NCBI RefSeq assembly: GCF_963921235.1
Contig: NC_086097.1
Location: forward strand, 126,978,001 to 127,042,000
Source of the DNA: Mobula hypostoma
Lineage: Eukaryota
Direction: 5' to 3'
Length of the DNA stretch: 64,000 nt
Each line of letters starts with the position of its first letter. Position 1 is the stretch's first letter. Positions 62,765-64,000 of the stretch are shown here, piece after piece. The notes beneath the pieces were generated by a model. The model saw only the letters and a list, made by a program, of their open reading frames with translations. It made no database searches and had not been told where the DNA came from. The position numbers and the translations under genes are program-made.

Positions 62765-64000
62765 TATTTGAAGCTGTAATCCACTGGAGTAATTTACACC
62801 TGGAGTAGATAAATCAGAGGTACAGCTCATGAATAAAATGCTTTGGAGTTGAAAGGACTCAAAGAATGGCTGAGAGAAATTGTTTCGCTGGCACTGGCAC
62901 CTGAATAGGGAACAGAAGGAGTAGTTCTATTGGAATTGGCTTAATTTGAATTGGTGCCCTGCAAGTTGAATAACTAGGACTGAAGATGGTGTTTTAAATT
63001 GCATAGCAGGGAAAGGGTGTGAGCATTGAAGAGTAAATTGTGAAGGAATGACAACCCAGAGGAACAGAGCATTGGAGTGAAAAGCAAAAAGAACGTTAAA
63101 ATCATAAATGAAGGTGCTTTAGCAAGGTGAAATGATACAAGCATATATTTATTGGTGCATTATGATAGTCTTTGCAAACACGTGGTTGTTAGGAGAGCGA
63201 GGCTGAAAATTACATAGTGTGATTGGCTTTTAGAAGAGAGGGGTAAAATGCAAAAGGAGGTGGGTAACTAACCTTGATATCAAGAAATGAGATGAAAAGG
63301 ATCAAGAAGTACGGCCAGTTAGCTGAAGTGATGAATGGCAAAGTGCAGAAAGCACTTTTGGGAGTTGTCTATGGCCCCAAAAGCAGATAATTAAAAGCAC
63401 AAGTGACAAGGGGCCATTAATCCACACACACACAACACATCAAAGTAATTGTAAGTGTGAAACAGAAAATGATGAAGTATGTGAGAAATGACTTGCCAGG
63501 TCAGGTTGTTAAGGAGCCAATAGGGCAACACCGTGAGGCATCTAGCAGAGCTGCTGACTCAAATCTGGCAGCCCATGTTCAACCCCAACCACCTGTGCTG
63601 TCTCTATGGAGCTTGCTCTTCCACCATGACCAGGTGTTTTGGTTTCCTCCCACATCTGGAAGACATACTGGTTGATAGATTAATTTGTTCGTTATGTGCC
63701 GTGTCATGGTCTTTCCATGACCATGATAGTTTTCGGCATGACCATCCACCACCTGCTCCCATGGCTGCATGTGACCCTGATTGGTTGGGGGCTGGGGTTT
63801 AAGATGGTGCTACACCTTGCCCAAGGGTGACCTGCAGGCTAGCGGAGGGCAGGACCACCTTACACCTCCTTTAGTAGAGACGTATCTCCACCCCGCCGCC
63901 AGGTAGGCTAATTATCCATAGTAAATTACTCCTGGTGTGTAGATGAGTTGTAATATCTGGGAAGAAGAGTCAATGACAATGTGGGGAGAATAAAAACTAG

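Noticed and set aside
63730..63900. Possible HDV-like ribozyme in a structured repeat on the minus strand (also considered 34320-34480)
   Set aside because: Some P1/P2-like pairings, but I could not build a convincing nested double pseudoknot with a catalytic C
1..64000. Remaining short ORFs as host genes, and prokaryotic systems such as retrons or group II introns
   Set aside because: They are antisense or out-of-frame readings of transposon remnants; all RTs belong to eukaryotic retroelement clades

Overview
Eukaryotic, repeat-dense genomic DNA. The repeat repertoire (CR1, Rex1/Babar, Penelope pseudo-LTRs, V-domain SINEs) suggests a vertebrate, probably a cartilaginous fish; this is an inference. 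The only host gene evidence is three 54-bp, phase-0 Gly-X-Y collagen exons on the + strand (9328-9381, 18514-18567, 44152-44205) separated by very large introns. The introns hold two divergent HERO-like (R2-superfamily, RT plus restriction-like endonuclease) retrotransposons, an R4/Dong-like fragment, CR1, Rex1, RTE, Penelope-like elements with minimal hammerhead ribozymes, Gypsy and BEL/Pao LTR elements, solo LTRs, a Tc1 and a Harbinger derivative. Most interesting: both HERO-like elements end in a covarying, non-circularly permuted hammerhead-ribozyme-like fold. The near-intact copy also has a 25-bp terminal direct repeat that is not target-derived, and complementary 5' and 3' ends. Together these suggest a ribozyme-processed, circular or tandem RNA intermediate for an R2-class LINE. 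Boundaries of old repeats are approximate and family names come from motif recognition, not database searches.
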